In this document: piece by piece, positions 20,812 to 31,022 of the stretch
How the letters are laid out: each line of letters begins with the position of its first letter
How positions within the stretch are numbered: position 1 is the stretch's first letter
NCBI GenBank assembly: GCA_965217625.1
Contig: OZ244557.1
Span: 1,601,422 to 1,665,421 of the forward strand
Source of the DNA: Dehalococcoidia bacterium
Lineage (GTDB): Bacteria > Chloroflexota > Dehalococcoidia > Bin125
DNA length: 64,000 nt
Reading direction: 5' to 3'
The notes under the pieces: model-generated
The model's database searches: none
Told to the model about the DNA's origin: nothing
Seen by the model: only the letters and a program-made list of their open reading frames with translations
Made by a program: the position numbers and the translations under genes

Positions 20812-21663
20812 ATGACGCATCCCACGATCAGCCCCCTGCTCGACGACCTCGTGTTCCCGGAGGGACCGCGCTGGCGCGACGGGCGCCTGTGGTTCTCCGA
20901 CATGCACGCGCAGGAGGTCGTGGCGGTCACGCCCGGCGGCGAGCGCGAGGTCGTCGCGCGGGTGCCCAAGAACCCCTCCGGCCTGGGCTGGCTGCCCGAC
21001 GGCCGCCTGCTGATCGTCTCGATGGAGGACCGCCGCCTGCTGCGACAGGAAGCCGACGGCTCGCTGGTGGAGCACGCCGACCTCTCGGCGCTGGCCACGG
21101 GACGCTGCAACGACATGATCGTCGACGCCTCGGGCCGGGCCTACGTGGGGCACTTCGGCTTCGACCTGCACGCGCGGGCCGAGTTCGCGGAGGCGTCGCT
21201 GCTGGCCGCCACGCCCGACGGCCAAGTGACGCTGGCGGCCCCCGCGCTGCGCTTCCCCAACGGCGCCGTGATCACCCCCGACGGCGGCACGTTGGTGGTC
21301 GCGGAGACGTTCGGCAGGCGGCTGACCGCGTTCGACATTGGGGACGATGGGGCGCTGAGCAATCGGCGCGTGTGGGCGGAGCTGGGCGTGCCCCCGGACG
21401 GCATCTGCCTCGACGCCGAGGGCTGCATCTGGGTCGCCGTGCCGCGGCCGGGTGCCTTCCTGCGGGTCGCCGAGGGCGGCGACGTGCGGGCGCGCGTCGA
21501 TCTGGAGGGCTGGGGCGGCTACGCCTGCATGCTGGGCGGCGACGAGGGTCGCACGCTCTTCCTGCTCGAGGCGCTGACCGCGACCCCTGAAGAGATGGCC
21601 GGCCGCGGCAACGGGCGCATCCGCACGATGGAGGTCGATGCGCCCCGATCGGGGCTTCCCTAG
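20812..21663 (+). CDS. SMP-30/gluconolactonase/LRE family protein
   Basis: FPEGPRW, CNDMIVD, FPNG, PDGICLDAEG. Confidence 0.92.
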   Translation: MTHPTISPLLDDLVFPEGPRWRDGRLWFSDMHAQEVVAVTPGGEREVVARVPKNPSGLGWLPDGRLLIVSMEDRRLLRQEADGSLVEHADLSALATGRCNDMIVDASGRAYVGHFGFDLHARAEFAEASLLAATPDGQVTLAAPALRFPNGAVITPDGGTLVVAETFGRRLTAFDIGDDGALSNRRVWAELGVPPDGICLDAEGCIWVAVPRPGAFLRVAEGGDVRARVDLEGWGGYACMLGGDEGRTLFLLEALTATPEEMAGRGNGRIRTMEVDAPRSGLP

Positions 21664-21804
21664 ATCGCGGCGGCGCCTCCCCTGCCCCGGCGGATCCGCA
21701 GGGGCATGACAGGGCGGGGCGGCAGTGCCAGAATGCCGACACGTGCCCCGTCCCGGGGGACGCGCGCTCAGTGATCGCAGGCAAGAGTTTCGGAGGATGG
21801 GTGT

Positions 21805-23385
21805 ATGTCAGACGTAGCGATGAAGACCCCAGCGATGAAAACCAACGTGGGCCAGTTCCTCACCCGGCGGGCGGCGCTTTCGCCCGATCAAGACGGCCTG
21901 GTCGACGCCGACACCGGCCGCCGGTTCAGCTTCCGGGAGTGGAATCAACGCTCGAACCGGACGGCCAACGCGTTGACCGGGCTGGGCATTGGGCCCGGCG
22001 ACCGGGTGGCGCTGCTGGTGATGAACAGCGTCGAATACGCGGAGAGCTTCTTCGCGATCGCCAAGCTCGGCGCGATCTGCGTGCCGCTCAACCTGCGGCT
22101 CATGCCCGCGGAGGTGGCCTACATCCTGCGCGACGCCGGCGCGCGGACGCTCCTCTTCAGCGCGGAGTTGACGCCGATCGCGACGGCGCTGCATGCGATG
22201 GGCGGCGGCGACGCCGGCACCCCCATCGAAAGCTGGATCGGCGTCGGGCTGCCGGAACGCCCCGAGTGGGTGCAGAGCTATGAGGCGCTGCACGAGGCCG
22301 CTCCGGACACGGAGCCGGAGGCGGGGGCCTCGGAGGACGACGTCCTCTACATCATGTACACGTCGGGCACGACGGGGCTGCCCAAGGGCGCGGTGCACAC
22401 GCACAACAGCGCGACCTGGGGCGTCCTGACGATCCAGGCGACGTCCGACTCCCGCCAGGGTGACCGCTACCTGCTGTCGCTGCCGCTGTTCCACGTGGGC
22501 GCGCTGACGCCGATGACGGCGAACGTCGTGGGTGGCGTGACGAACGTCGTCATGCGCATGTTCAACCCGCAGCGCGCCTGGCAGCTGATCAACGACGAGC
22601 AGATCACGATCATGCTGAAGGTCCCGGCGATGCTGAACTTCATGCTGCAGGTCTACGAGCCGGGCAAGTACAAGCACGACCAGCTGCGCTTCTGCTGGAG
22701 CGGCGCGGCGCCGCTGCCGGTGGCGCTGATCGAGGCCTACGCCAAGCTCAACATCCCCGTCCACCAGGTCTACGGCCTGACGGAGACCTGTGGCCCCGGC
22801 TGCCTGATCAGCGGCGAGGACGCGCTGCGCAAGGCGGGCTCCACGGGCCTGGCCTTCTTCCACACCGACGTCCGCGTGGTCGACCCGTCCGGCGCCGACG
22901 CCGCGCCGGGCGAGTCGGGCGAGGTGATCGTGCGTGGCAAGCACGTCATGCGCGAGTACTGGAACAACCCCGAGGCGACGGCGGAGACGATCCGCGACGG
23001 CTGGCTCTACACTGGCGACGGCGCGACCGTCGATGAGGACGGCTACGTCTACATCCAGGACCGCATCAAGGACATGATCATCTCGGGCGGGGAGAACGTG
23101 TACCCGGCCGAGGTCGAGGGCGTGCTGATGCAGCACCCGGGCATCGGCGACGCGGCGGTGATCGGGCAGGAGAGCGCCAGGTGGGGCGAGTCGGCCGTCG
23201 CGATCGTCGTGCGCAAGGATCCGGCGCTGGACACGGCGGGCGTGCTGGCCTTCGTCTCCGACAAGCTGGCGCGCTACAAGCAGCCGGTGGCCGTCGAGTT
23301 CGTCGACGAGGTGCCGCGCAACCCGTCGGGCAAGGTGCTCAAGCGCGTGCTGCGCGAGCAGTTCCCGGGGCCGGCCGCGGAGTAG
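21805..23385 (+). CDS. Long-chain fatty-acid--CoA ligase
   Basis: YTSGTTGLPKG, YGLTE, WLYTGD, DRIKDMIISGGENVYPAE, PRNPSGK. Confidence 0.93.
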   Translation: MSDVAMKTPAMKTNVGQFLTRRAALSPDQDGLVDADTGRRFSFREWNQRSNRTANALTGLGIGPGDRVALLVMNSVEYAESFFAIAKLGAICVPLNLRLMPAEVAYILRDAGARTLLFSAELTPIATALHAMGGGDAGTPIESWIGVGLPERPEWVQSYEALHEAAPDTEPEAGASEDDVLYIMYTSGTTGLPKGAVHTHNSATWGVLTIQATSDSRQGDRYLLSLPLFHVGALTPMTANVVGGVTNVVMRMFNPQRAWQLINDEQITIMLKVPAMLNFMLQVYEPGKYKHDQLRFCWSGAAPLPVALIEAYAKLNIPVHQVYGLTETCGPGCLISGEDALRKAGSTGLAFFHTDVRVVDPSGADAAPGESGEVIVRGKHVMREYWNNPEATAETIRDGWLYTGDGATVDEDGYVYIQDRIKDMIISGGENVYPAEVEGVLMQHPGIGDAAVIGQESARWGESAVAIVVRKDPALDTAGVLAFVSDKLARYKQPVAVEFVDEVPRNPSGKVLKRVLREQFPGPAAE

Positions 23386-23387
23386 GG

Positions 23388-24509
23388 CTAGCCCGGCCCG
23401 ATCGCGACGACGCGCCCCGTCCGGGACGACTCTCGGGCGGCGTCCAGGACGAGTTGCGAGCGCAGGGCGTCGTCGAAGTTGGGCGCCGGCGACGTGCCCT
23501 CCGCGATGCCGCGCTCGAAGTCGCGCAGCAGGCGGCGCGATCCCGCGATGATACTCACGTCCGGCAGCGGCTCGATGTCGGCCGGGCGGGGCAGCGGCGG
23601 ACCCTCATCGTTGCTGCCGAGCGCGCGGCCTGAGGCCTGCGCATCCATGGGCGGCGTGTGCGTGACGGGGCCGTCGGAGAAGAGGCCGCTGGCCCCGTGA
23701 TGGGCGATCGTGCCCCCCGGCCCCGTGATGTAGAGGTCGCCGAAGCCCGGGATGCGCGAGCTCCAGACCATTGAGACGTTCGCCGCAGCGCCGGACTCGA
23801 ACGTGAGCGTGGCGGAGAAGTAGTCGTCGGCGTCCGACGCGAGGTGCTCGCCCGTCTCGGGGTCGATGCGCAGCGGCTCGTGGACGGCGATGTGCGCAGA
23901 CACGCTCGTGATCTCGCCCATCCAGACGCGCAGCGCGTCGAAGTAGTGGGAGCCCTGTTCGTTGAGCGCGCCGCCCCCCATCGCCTTCTGCGAGCGCCAG
24001 TCCAGGCCGCCGCCGGCCATGTCGCGGGCGAAGTAGAGGCTGGCTGTGGCGGACTGCGGCCGGCCGATGCGTCCCTCCTCGATCAGGCGGGTGATGTGCA
24101 GGCGGTGATCGGTGTAGCGGAACTCGAAGTTCACCATCGTGGTGCGGTCCGTGGCTGCGGCGGCGGCGATCATCTCCCGCGCCTCCGCCTCGGTCATCGT
24201 GAAGGGCTTCTCGCAGAGCACGTGCTTGCCCGCGTCGAGCGCGGCGAGCACGTGCTCGCGGTGCGTGGACGTGGGGGTGGAGACGACGACGGCGTCGATG
24301 TCGTCCCGGCTCACGACGGCCCGGAAGTCGTCGCTGTGGTGGGGGATGTCGAGCTTCCTCGCGATCTCCTCGGCGCGATGTGCGCGGCGCGAGAAGAGCG
24401 CGACGATCTCCCAGCCCTCGGCGCGCAGGGCCGGGGCCGTGACGCGGGTCCCAAAGCTGGACCCGAGGATGGCGACTCTCTTACTGAACGGGCGGCTGTT
24501 GTTCGACAT
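23388..24509 (-). CDS. Gfo/Idh/MocA family oxidoreductase
   Basis: VAILGSSFG, GKHVLCEKP, GGGALNEQGSHYFD. ATG at 24509. Confidence 0.9.
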   Translation of the reverse strand: MSNNSRPFSKRVAILGSSFGTRVTAPALRAEGWEIVALFSRRAHRAEEIARKLDIPHHSDDFRAVVSRDDIDAVVVSTPTSTHREHVLAALDAGKHVLCEKPFTMTEAEAREMIAAAAATDRTTMVNFEFRYTDHRLHITRLIEEGRIGRPQSATASLYFARDMAGGGLDWRSQKAMGGGALNEQGSHYFDALRVWMGEITSVSAHIAVHEPLRIDPETGEHLASDADDYFSATLTFESGAAANVSMVWSSRIPGFGDLYITGPGGTIAHHGASGLFSDGPVTHTPPMDAQASGRALGSNDEGPPLPRPADIEPLPDVSIIAGSRRLLRDFERGIAEGTSPAPNFDDALRSQLVLDAARESSRTGRVVAIGPG

Positions 24510-24538
24510 GGCGTCTCTCCACTGCTGCGCGCGGGCGA

Positions 24539-25507
24539 TCAGTCCCGGACCCAGGGCGCGCGCTGCCCGGGCGGGGGGCGGAAATCGGGTGCGACGGGGA
24601 GCGAGGGCGGCGGCGTCTCGACCGGACCGGCGTCTGTGGGGGCGCGGTCGCCCCCATCGTCGGCGGGGGTGGCGGGAGGCAGGGCGCCGCCGATCGCGAC
24701 GCCGGCGGGCGCCGCCGGTCGCGCGGGGCCCCGGGCGCCGGGCGCGATCTCGGCGCGCACGTCGGCCGTGAGGTCGCGCTCGTGGTGCTCCAGGATGCGA
24801 CCGTCGGCCATCTCCTCCACCCGCTCGGCGTAGTCCAGGACGGTGCGGTCGTGCGTGGCGGTGACGATCGTGACGCCGCTCTGCCGCACGAGATCCTGCA
24901 TCAGTTGGAAGATGGCGCGGGCGTTGGCGTGGTCGAGTTCGCCCGTGGGTTCGTCGGCGACGACGAGCGCGGGGCGGTTGGCCAGCGCCCGCGCGATGGC
25001 GACGCGCTGCTGCTCCCCGCCGGACAGCTCGTAGGGCCGATGGTCGCTGCGGGCGTGCAGGTCGACCATGCGCAGCAGTTCCTGCGTGCGCTCCCGGCGC
25101 TCCCCGAGCCCGACGCCGGCGATTCGCAGCGCGACCTCCACGTTCTCGAAGGCCGAGAGCAGCGGCAGCAGCCCGAAGGATTGGAAGACGAAGCCGATCG
25201 TGTGGCGCCGGACCTCCAGCAGTTGCGGCTCGGAGGCGCTGGTGATGTCCTGCCCGGCGAGGCGGATGGTCCCGCGGTCGGGGTGGTCCAGGCCGGCCAT
25301 GAGGTTGAGCAGCGTCGTCTTGCCGGAGCCGGAGCGCCCCATCAGCGCGACGAAGGTGCCCCGGCCGATGTGCAGCGAGACGTCGCGCACGGCCCAGACG
25401 TCCTCGTCGCCGACGCGGAAGCGCCGCGTGACGCCTCGCACATCGACGATCGTCTCCAGCTCGTCGCCAGACGGAGTGACCAGCGTGAGGGGGCGCTCGA
25501 TGGTCAT
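24539..25507 (-). CDS. ABC transporter ATP-binding protein (LolD/MacB-like) with Pro/Ala-rich tail
   Basis: GRSGSGKT, LSGGEQQR, ADEPTGELD. Confidence 0.93.
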   Translation of the reverse strand: MTIERPLTLVTPSGDELETIVDVRGVTRRFRVGDEDVWAVRDVSLHIGRGTFVALMGRSGSGKTTLLNLMAGLDHPDRGTIRLAGQDITSASEPQLLEVRRHTIGFVFQSFGLLPLLSAFENVEVALRIAGVGLGERRERTQELLRMVDLHARSDHRPYELSGGEQQRVAIARALANRPALVVADEPTGELDHANARAIFQLMQDLVRQSGVTIVTATHDRTVLDYAERVEEMADGRILEHHERDLTADVRAEIAPGARGPARPAAPAGVAIGGALPPATPADDGGDRAPTDAGPVETPPPSLPVAPDFRPPPGQRAPWVRD

Positions 25508-25520
25508 GTGGAATCACCAG

Positions 25521-26483
25521 TCATGGGGGGTTGCCATCCTCGCCGCTGCTCTCCCGTTGCAGGGTATCCCGCGAGATCACGACCTGGTCGTCGTCGAGCG
25601 CCACGACGACGTGGGCGCCCAGCCGGGCGGCCTCGCGCAGCTCCCGGGGGATCTGCAGCCGCCCGCTGCGGTCCACGACCGCGAACTCGTGCCGCACGGT
25701 GCGGGGGGCGCCGCTGACCGGCGTCTCCACGCGGTTGAAGGTCTCCGTCGAGATGCGCCCGTCGCGGATGGTGACGACGCGCGGGACGCGCTCGGCGATG
25801 TGGTCGTCGTGCGTGACGACCACGATCGTCACCCCGAATTGGCGGTTGAGGTCGGCGAAGAGGTCGAAGATCTGGTCGCCGGTGTGGGAGTCGAGTTCGC
25901 CGGTCGGCTCGTCGGCGAGCAGCAGCGGCGGGTTGTTGGCCAGCGCCACGGCGATGGAGACGCGCTGCTGCTCGCCGCCGGAGAGCTGCTCCGGCCGGGA
26001 TTGCGCGCGGTGGGTCAGGCCCACCGCCTCGAGCAGGGCGGCCGTGCGGGTGCGGATCTCCCCGCGCGAGAGCCCGGTGACGACCATGGGCAGCTCGATG
26101 TTCTGGGCGGCGGTCAGGTAGGGGATCAGGTTGCGCCCCGTCTGCTGCCAGACGAAGCCCACCTCGCTGCGCCGGTAGTGGACCAGGTCCGCCTCCTCCA
26201 TCGTGAGCAGGTCGCGCTCGTCGACGCGGACGGCGCCGGCGCTGGGCAACTCGAGCCCGGCCAGGATGCTGAGCAGCGTGGACTTGCCCGAGCCCGACGC
26301 TCCCACCAGCGCCAGCAGCTCGCCGCGCTCGATGCGCAGGTCGAGCCCGCGCAGCGCCACGACCTCGAGCGTGGCGACTTTGTAGATCTTGAAGACGTCC
26401 TCGCAGACCACGTGCCAGTCCGGCGGGGGCGGCGCGCCCGGCGTGGCGAGGGGACTCGGGCGGGCCTGGGGTGGTGTGGTCAT
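25521..26483 (-). CDS. ABC transporter ATP-binding protein (LolD-like) with C-terminal AbrB-like extension
   Basis: GASGSGKS, LSGGEQQR, ADEPTGELD. C-terminal AVVDRSGRLQIPRELRE. Confidence 0.93.
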   Translation of the reverse strand: MTTPPQARPSPLATPGAPPPPDWHVVCEDVFKIYKVATLEVVALRGLDLRIERGELLALVGASGSGKSTLLSILAGLELPSAGAVRVDERDLLTMEEADLVHYRRSEVGFVWQQTGRNLIPYLTAAQNIELPMVVTGLSRGEIRTRTAALLEAVGLTHRAQSRPEQLSGGEQQRVSIAVALANNPPLLLADEPTGELDSHTGDQIFDLFADLNRQFGVTIVVVTHDDHIAERVPRVVTIRDGRISTETFNRVETPVSGAPRTVRHEFAVVDRSGRLQIPRELREAARLGAHVVVALDDDQVVISRDTLQRESSGEDGNPP

Positions 26484-26486
26484 GAG

Positions 26487-29400
26487 CTATTCGCCGAGGC
26501 GCAGGACGCGGTAGAGGGCGAGGTGGGCGTGCAGTGCGACGACCACCCCGATCGCCAGCAGGAAGACGAGGCCGAGAATGCCGTACGCGACGCTGATGGT
26601 ACTCCAGTCGGTCACGAGGACGAAGGGCGGCACGACCTCCTCGCCGCGTTCGGTGACGCCCAGGAACTCGAGCATCAGGATACCCAGCCGCGATCCGACC
26701 AGCGTGCCGGCCGCCATCGCCAGCACGACGATGAAGATCTGCTCAAACGAGACGACCGCCAGGATCTGGCGCATCGAGAAGCCCATCGTGCGCAGGATGG
26801 CAAACTCGAGCGCGCGCGTGCGCGCCGCCGCCAGCGACGAGACGAGCACGCCCAGCGCGCTCAGCAGCAGCACCGCGATGAAGGAGAGCAGGAGCAGGCC
26901 GTCCCAGCCCGCCGCCGTGAGCGGGTCCTGATCCTGCGCCTCGCGCAGGGCGGCGGTATCGAAGACGGTGGGCTCGCCGAAGTCGCCCGCCGCGATCGCC
27001 TCGCGCAGACTCGCGAGACCGGCGTCTCCGCTGGGCGCGATCCACACCTCGTTGGGCGCGATATTCCCGGTGCGGCTCCCGTGGCGGTTCAGGAAGAAGC
27101 CGAGCCGCCCGATGTCGGCGATGAGCACGCCCGTGCCCGACCGCGGATCGTGGGTGGGGAAGAGCTCGAAGACGCCCACGATGCGCATGGGGATCGTGCC
27201 GTTGCTCGCATACGGGCGGATCTCGTCGCCGATCGCCAGATCGCCCTCTGCGAGGAAGGCCGCGTTGGCCAGCACGCTGAGCGGCGTCCCGTCGCCGCCG
27301 ACGCGGATGCCGCGCGCGGCCGACGAGAAGCCGCGGTCCCAGATGTAGCGGGCGGCCGAGGGGCCGGAGATGACGTCCTCCCGCTCGGCGCTGAAGCGCT
27401 CGAAGCGGCCCCGCGTGTTGATCTCCAGGACCGGCTCCCAGTGATCGACCGCTGCGAAGTCCTCGATCACCACGCCGTCCTCAAACGGCTCGCCCAGCCG
27501 GCCCGGCGTGGGGCTGTATTGCAGGTCGTCCCACAGCGCCTGCCCGGCGAACGCGCCGGCGCGGCCCGCCCGGCGGACCAGGATCGCGGTGACGAGTTTC
27601 TCGCCGGCCGGCAAGCCATCCAATGACGTGCTGACCAGCTGCCAGCCGGCATCCTGACGCAGCGCGTCCTGCATCCGCATGTCGTGGTAGCTCCCGCCCG
27701 CGTCCAGGATGCGCAAGAAGACGACCGCGGCCTCGCTGCGGCCGATCCGGCTCCAGATGCCGATGCGCCGCGCCTCCGCGGGCACCGCGATGCCGGGCAC
27801 GGCGCCCGTGCGCCCGGTCAGCGGGGCGACCAGCGTGGCCAGCGATCCGTCCGCCAGGTCGTCGCGGAACCAGGCGATGTCCGGGAGGCGCGACGGATCC
27901 ACGCCCAGCAGCTCGGCCTCAAGCGCGTTACGGCCGCCGGCAGACCGCACCCTGGTGCGCAGCACGGCGGCGGCGGCCTCGACGTCGTCGCGGTCCTCGA
28001 ACTCGGCGGTGAGCGCCCGCGGCCCCAGTTGTTCGTCCTCGTTGACATCGGCCAGGCGCAGCGGCGCGCCCGCCAGATAGGCCGCGCGATCGTCGAAGGA
28101 GCGATCGAGCGTGGAGCCGAAGGTCGCCGCGAACATGCCGATCGCCGTGGCGAGCAGCAGCAGCAGCACCAGCCGGGAGTGCCCCAGCGGGGCGCGCATG
28201 AGCTGCCAGATGCCCAGCTGCACGGCGGTCCCGCTGAAGCGGGACGTCAGGGCGTCGGCCGCGCGCAGCAGCAGCGGGAACAGGCGCAGGAAGACGACCG
28301 CCACCGTGACCAGGAAGACCGCCGGGGCGAGCAGCAGCAGCGGGTCGTAGTTGATGTCGCCGAACAATTCCTCGGTGACCAGCGAGTCGGACTGTTGCAG
28401 CTGGAAGAAGAGCAGCGCCGCCACGACGACGACGACCAGGTCGAGGTAGTAGCGGTGGAAGGCCGACTCGGTCTCGGGCCGGGAGAGCGACTGTTTGTAC
28501 TGCACGATGCTGCGCCGCCCGGCGCGGATGGCGGGGATGAGCAGGGCGAAGAAGGCCAGCACGGCGCCCAGGCCGGCCCAGGCGTAGACGGTGGTCGTCA
28601 GGCGGACGTCGAGCAGCGCGCCGCCGCTGAGCCCGTCGAAGGCGGGCGTCAGCCCCAGCAGCGCCACCGCGCCCAGCGCCAGTGGGGGTCCCAGCCCGAA
28701 GCCCAGCGCGGCGAGCAGGAAGCCCTCGACCCCGTAGATGCCGAGGATGTGCTTCGCGCCGGCGCCGCGGCTCTTGAGCAGCGCCACTTCGCCCGCCTGC
28801 CGGTCGACCAGCAGGGCCGCCACCATGACGAGGTAGTAGAGCACGATGGCGACGATCTGTAGGGTCAGAACGAGCAGCGGCACCTGCGCGAAGAACTCCT
28901 TCTGCGAGAAGGCGGCCAGCGTGTCGGGCATCTCCGTGGTCACGCGGGTGCGATCGACGCTGGACCCGACCGCCCGCTCGAGCACGCGCAGGCTGTGGGC
29001 GAGCGGCTCGGCGTCGGCGGCGTCGATCGTCTCCAGGTCGAAGAAGGCCAGGTCGTCGATGCGGCCGTCGATGTCGGCGATGTGACGGGGCAGCAGGTCG
29101 ATCAGCGTCTCCTGCGTCGTGAAGAAGAGGTACGAGGGCCAGTTCTGCGTGTCGAGGAAGAACTGGTCGCTGCGACGGCCCCAGTACTCGGCGCTGGCGT
29201 CGCGGGGGCTGATGATTCCCACGACCTGGACGCGGACGGGCGGCACGTCCTCGCGCCAGAACGGGTGCAGGTCGAAGCGGTCGCCCAGGCCGACGCCGTG
29301 CCGGCGCGCGGTCTCGCCGCTGATCGCGACCTCTATGAGCACCCCGCCGGCCGGAGTGGCGCCGGCCTGCGCCGTGGGGAAGCGCCCGGCGTCGATGCTG

Positions 29401-29849
29401 ATCTGCGGGGCGAGGTCGGTGAAGAACTGCAGGTTGGAGCGCGGCCGGGCGGGGTCCTCGGTGCGCGGCGCGTCGAGGTCGGTGAGGAAGAACGTCGAGG
29501 AGATCGTGCGCTGCGTCTGCCCGCTGAGGTACTCCCCGATGCGGTCCAGCCGTTCGTCGACCAGCTCCTGGCGTTGGGCGTATGAGGCCGGCGTGAAGGG
29601 GTGGGTGCTGGAGGAGACCGAGAGGTCGAGCTCGACCTTGTCCGCGCGCGACAGGTCCACATCGACGCCGAGCTCCCGCAGGGCGTTGCGGTAGATCTCC
29701 GTCGCCGACATCAGCCCGACGGCCAGCACGACGCCGATGATGACTGCCGCGAGCAACCGCCGATGCCCCGAGGCGCGCCGCAGGACCAGCCCCAAGACCG
29801 TGCGGGTGAGGACTGCGGTCGCGCTGGGGGAGACGCTGGGGAGTTGCAT
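26487..29849 (-). CDS. Large FtsX/MacB-like ABC permease (two FtsX halves)
   Basis: EVALLKSRGA and EFAILRTMG FtsX motifs, multiple TM helices, large extracytoplasmic domains. ATG at 29849. Confidence 0.88.
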   Translation of the reverse strand: MQLPSVSPSATAVLTRTVLGLVLRRASGHRRLLAAVIIGVVLAVGLMSATEIYRNALRELGVDVDLSRADKVELDLSVSSSTHPFTPASYAQRQELVDERLDRIGEYLSGQTQRTISSTFFLTDLDAPRTEDPARPRSNLQFFTDLAPQISIDAGRFPTAQAGATPAGGVLIEVAISGETARRHGVGLGDRFDLHPFWREDVPPVRVQVVGIISPRDASAEYWGRRSDQFFLDTQNWPSYLFFTTQETLIDLLPRHIADIDGRIDDLAFFDLETIDAADAEPLAHSLRVLERAVGSSVDRTRVTTEMPDTLAAFSQKEFFAQVPLLVLTLQIVAIVLYYLVMVAALLVDRQAGEVALLKSRGAGAKHILGIYGVEGFLLAALGFGLGPPLALGAVALLGLTPAFDGLSGGALLDVRLTTTVYAWAGLGAVLAFFALLIPAIRAGRRSIVQYKQSLSRPETESAFHRYYLDLVVVVVAALLFFQLQQSDSLVTEELFGDINYDPLLLLAPAVFLVTVAVVFLRLFPLLLRAADALTSRFSGTAVQLGIWQLMRAPLGHSRLVLLLLLATAIGMFAATFGSTLDRSFDDRAAYLAGAPLRLADVNEDEQLGPRALTAEFEDRDDVEAAAAVLRTRVRSAGGRNALEAELLGVDPSRLPDIAWFRDDLADGSLATLVAPLTGRTGAVPGIAVPAEARRIGIWSRIGRSEAAVVFLRILDAGGSYHDMRMQDALRQDAGWQLVSTSLDGLPAGEKLVTAILVRRAGRAGAFAGQALWDDLQYSPTPGRLGEPFEDGVVIEDFAAVDHWEPVLEINTRGRFERFSAEREDVISGPSAARYIWDRGFSSAARGIRVGGDGTPLSVLANAAFLAEGDLAIGDEIRPYASNGTIPMRIVGVFELFPTHDPRSGTGVLIADIGRLGFFLNRHGSRTGNIAPNEVWIAPSGDAGLASLREAIAAGDFGEPTVFDTAALREAQDQDPLTAAGWDGLLLLSFIAVLLLSALGVLVSSLAAARTRALEFAILRTMGFSMRQILAVVSFEQIFIVVLAMAAGTLVGSRLGILMLEFLGVTERGEEVVPPFVLVTDWSTISVAYGILGLVFLLAIGVVVALHAHLALYRVLRLGE

Positions 29850-30001
29850 CAGCGTGATCCTGCGCGCAGGCCGCGGCCCGATAGACTCAACGTCGCGACT
29901 CCGGCCGGCGCGGACATCCGATCGACGGGCGCTGCGTCCTCCCGGGGCGCCGGCGGCGAGCAGGAACGCGGGGCAGCGAGGGATACGTGGAGCATGCGGG
30001 C

Positions 30002-30424
30002 ATGATCGCACGGATCGGCGTCATGGGGCCGTTCGGGATACTGCTGGCGGGACTGGCCGTCCTGGTCTTCGTCTCGACGCTGCTGCTGGGCTGGCAGATC
30101 GCGGACGAGCCCAACCCCGCGGCCAATCGCATCTTCGCGAGTGCGACCCTGCAGGACGACACGCCGCGCGCGGACATCGCCGGCACGGTCAGCGACGTCG
30201 ACGGGGAGGTCATCTCCGTCCGGGTGGGGGAGGACCTCGTACGGGTCCGCGTGGGGGCCGGCGCGGTGATTCAACGCCTCACCCCGATCACGCCCGACAG
30301 CGTGGCGCCCGGCGACTGGATCATCCTGGGCGGCATCGATGACAACGTGCACACGCTGATCCTGCGCGCCGCGATCGTGGCGGGGCCGGACGAGGTGGTG
30401 GGGCCGGCGGGGGGCGCGCCATGA
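30002..30424 (+). CDS. Small membrane-anchored protein with DUF5666-like beta domain
   Basis: N-terminal TM helix, then GTVSDVDGEVISVR...VAPGDWIILGG. ATGA overlap with the next gene. Confidence 0.65.
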   Translation: MIARIGVMGPFGILLAGLAVLVFVSTLLLGWQIADEPNPAANRIFASATLQDDTPRADIAGTVSDVDGEVISVRVGEDLVRVRVGAGAVIQRLTPITPDSVAPGDWIILGGIDDNVHTLILRAAIVAGPDEVVGPAGGAP

Positions 30425-30957
30425 AGGGGCGCGGCTGGCGGGGTCTGGTGGTCTGGCTCATCGTCCTGGTGGGCGTGGGCATCGCCGGCTGGTTGGTGGG
30501 GACGGACGTCGTGGCGAACAAGGCGCAGCGACCGCCGCCGATCATCGTCGAGGCCCCCGATGTCGCGCCACCGGCGCCGGACGAGAGCGGCGTTGGGGCG
30601 GGCGTGATCGTCCCGCGCGGCGGCCTGAGCCCCTTCGGCCATCCCGACGGGTTGCGCGGCCGGCAGGTGCTGGTGGGCCGCGTCGTGACCGCGGATCGAC
30701 TCACGATCACGCTCGATTGGGCGGGCGGTCGCACGATGCTGCGCTTCACCGAGGACTCCGACCTGCTGTTGCGCCTGGCCGTCGACGCGGCCCAACCGAT
30801 CGAGCCCGGCTCGGCGATCGCGCTGCTCGTCTCCGAGGAGGCGGGCGAGATCGTCGCGCGGTCCGGCGTGCTGCTGCCCGAGGCGAGCCGCCCCATCAAC
30901 AACGCCGAACGCTTCCCCGAGCGGCTCTTCCCCGAGCCGGAGCCGGACTCCTCCTAG
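30421..30957 (+). CDS. Membrane-anchored protein with DUF5666-like beta domain
   Basis: N-terminal TM helix, Pro-rich linker, GRVVTADRLTITLD...IEPGSAIALLV. Confidence 0.65.
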   Translation: MKGRGWRGLVVWLIVLVGVGIAGWLVGTDVVANKAQRPPPIIVEAPDVAPPAPDESGVGAGVIVPRGGLSPFGHPDGLRGRQVLVGRVVTADRLTITLDWAGGRTMLRFTEDSDLLLRLAVDAAQPIEPGSAIALLVSEEAGEIVARSGVLLPEASRPINNAERFPERLFPEPEPDSS

Positions 30958-31022
30958 TCCGGCTTGGGCGAATCCGGCCAGGGCGGCGCCGGCGCGCCAT
31001 CGGCGGGTGGGCCGGGCGGCCA

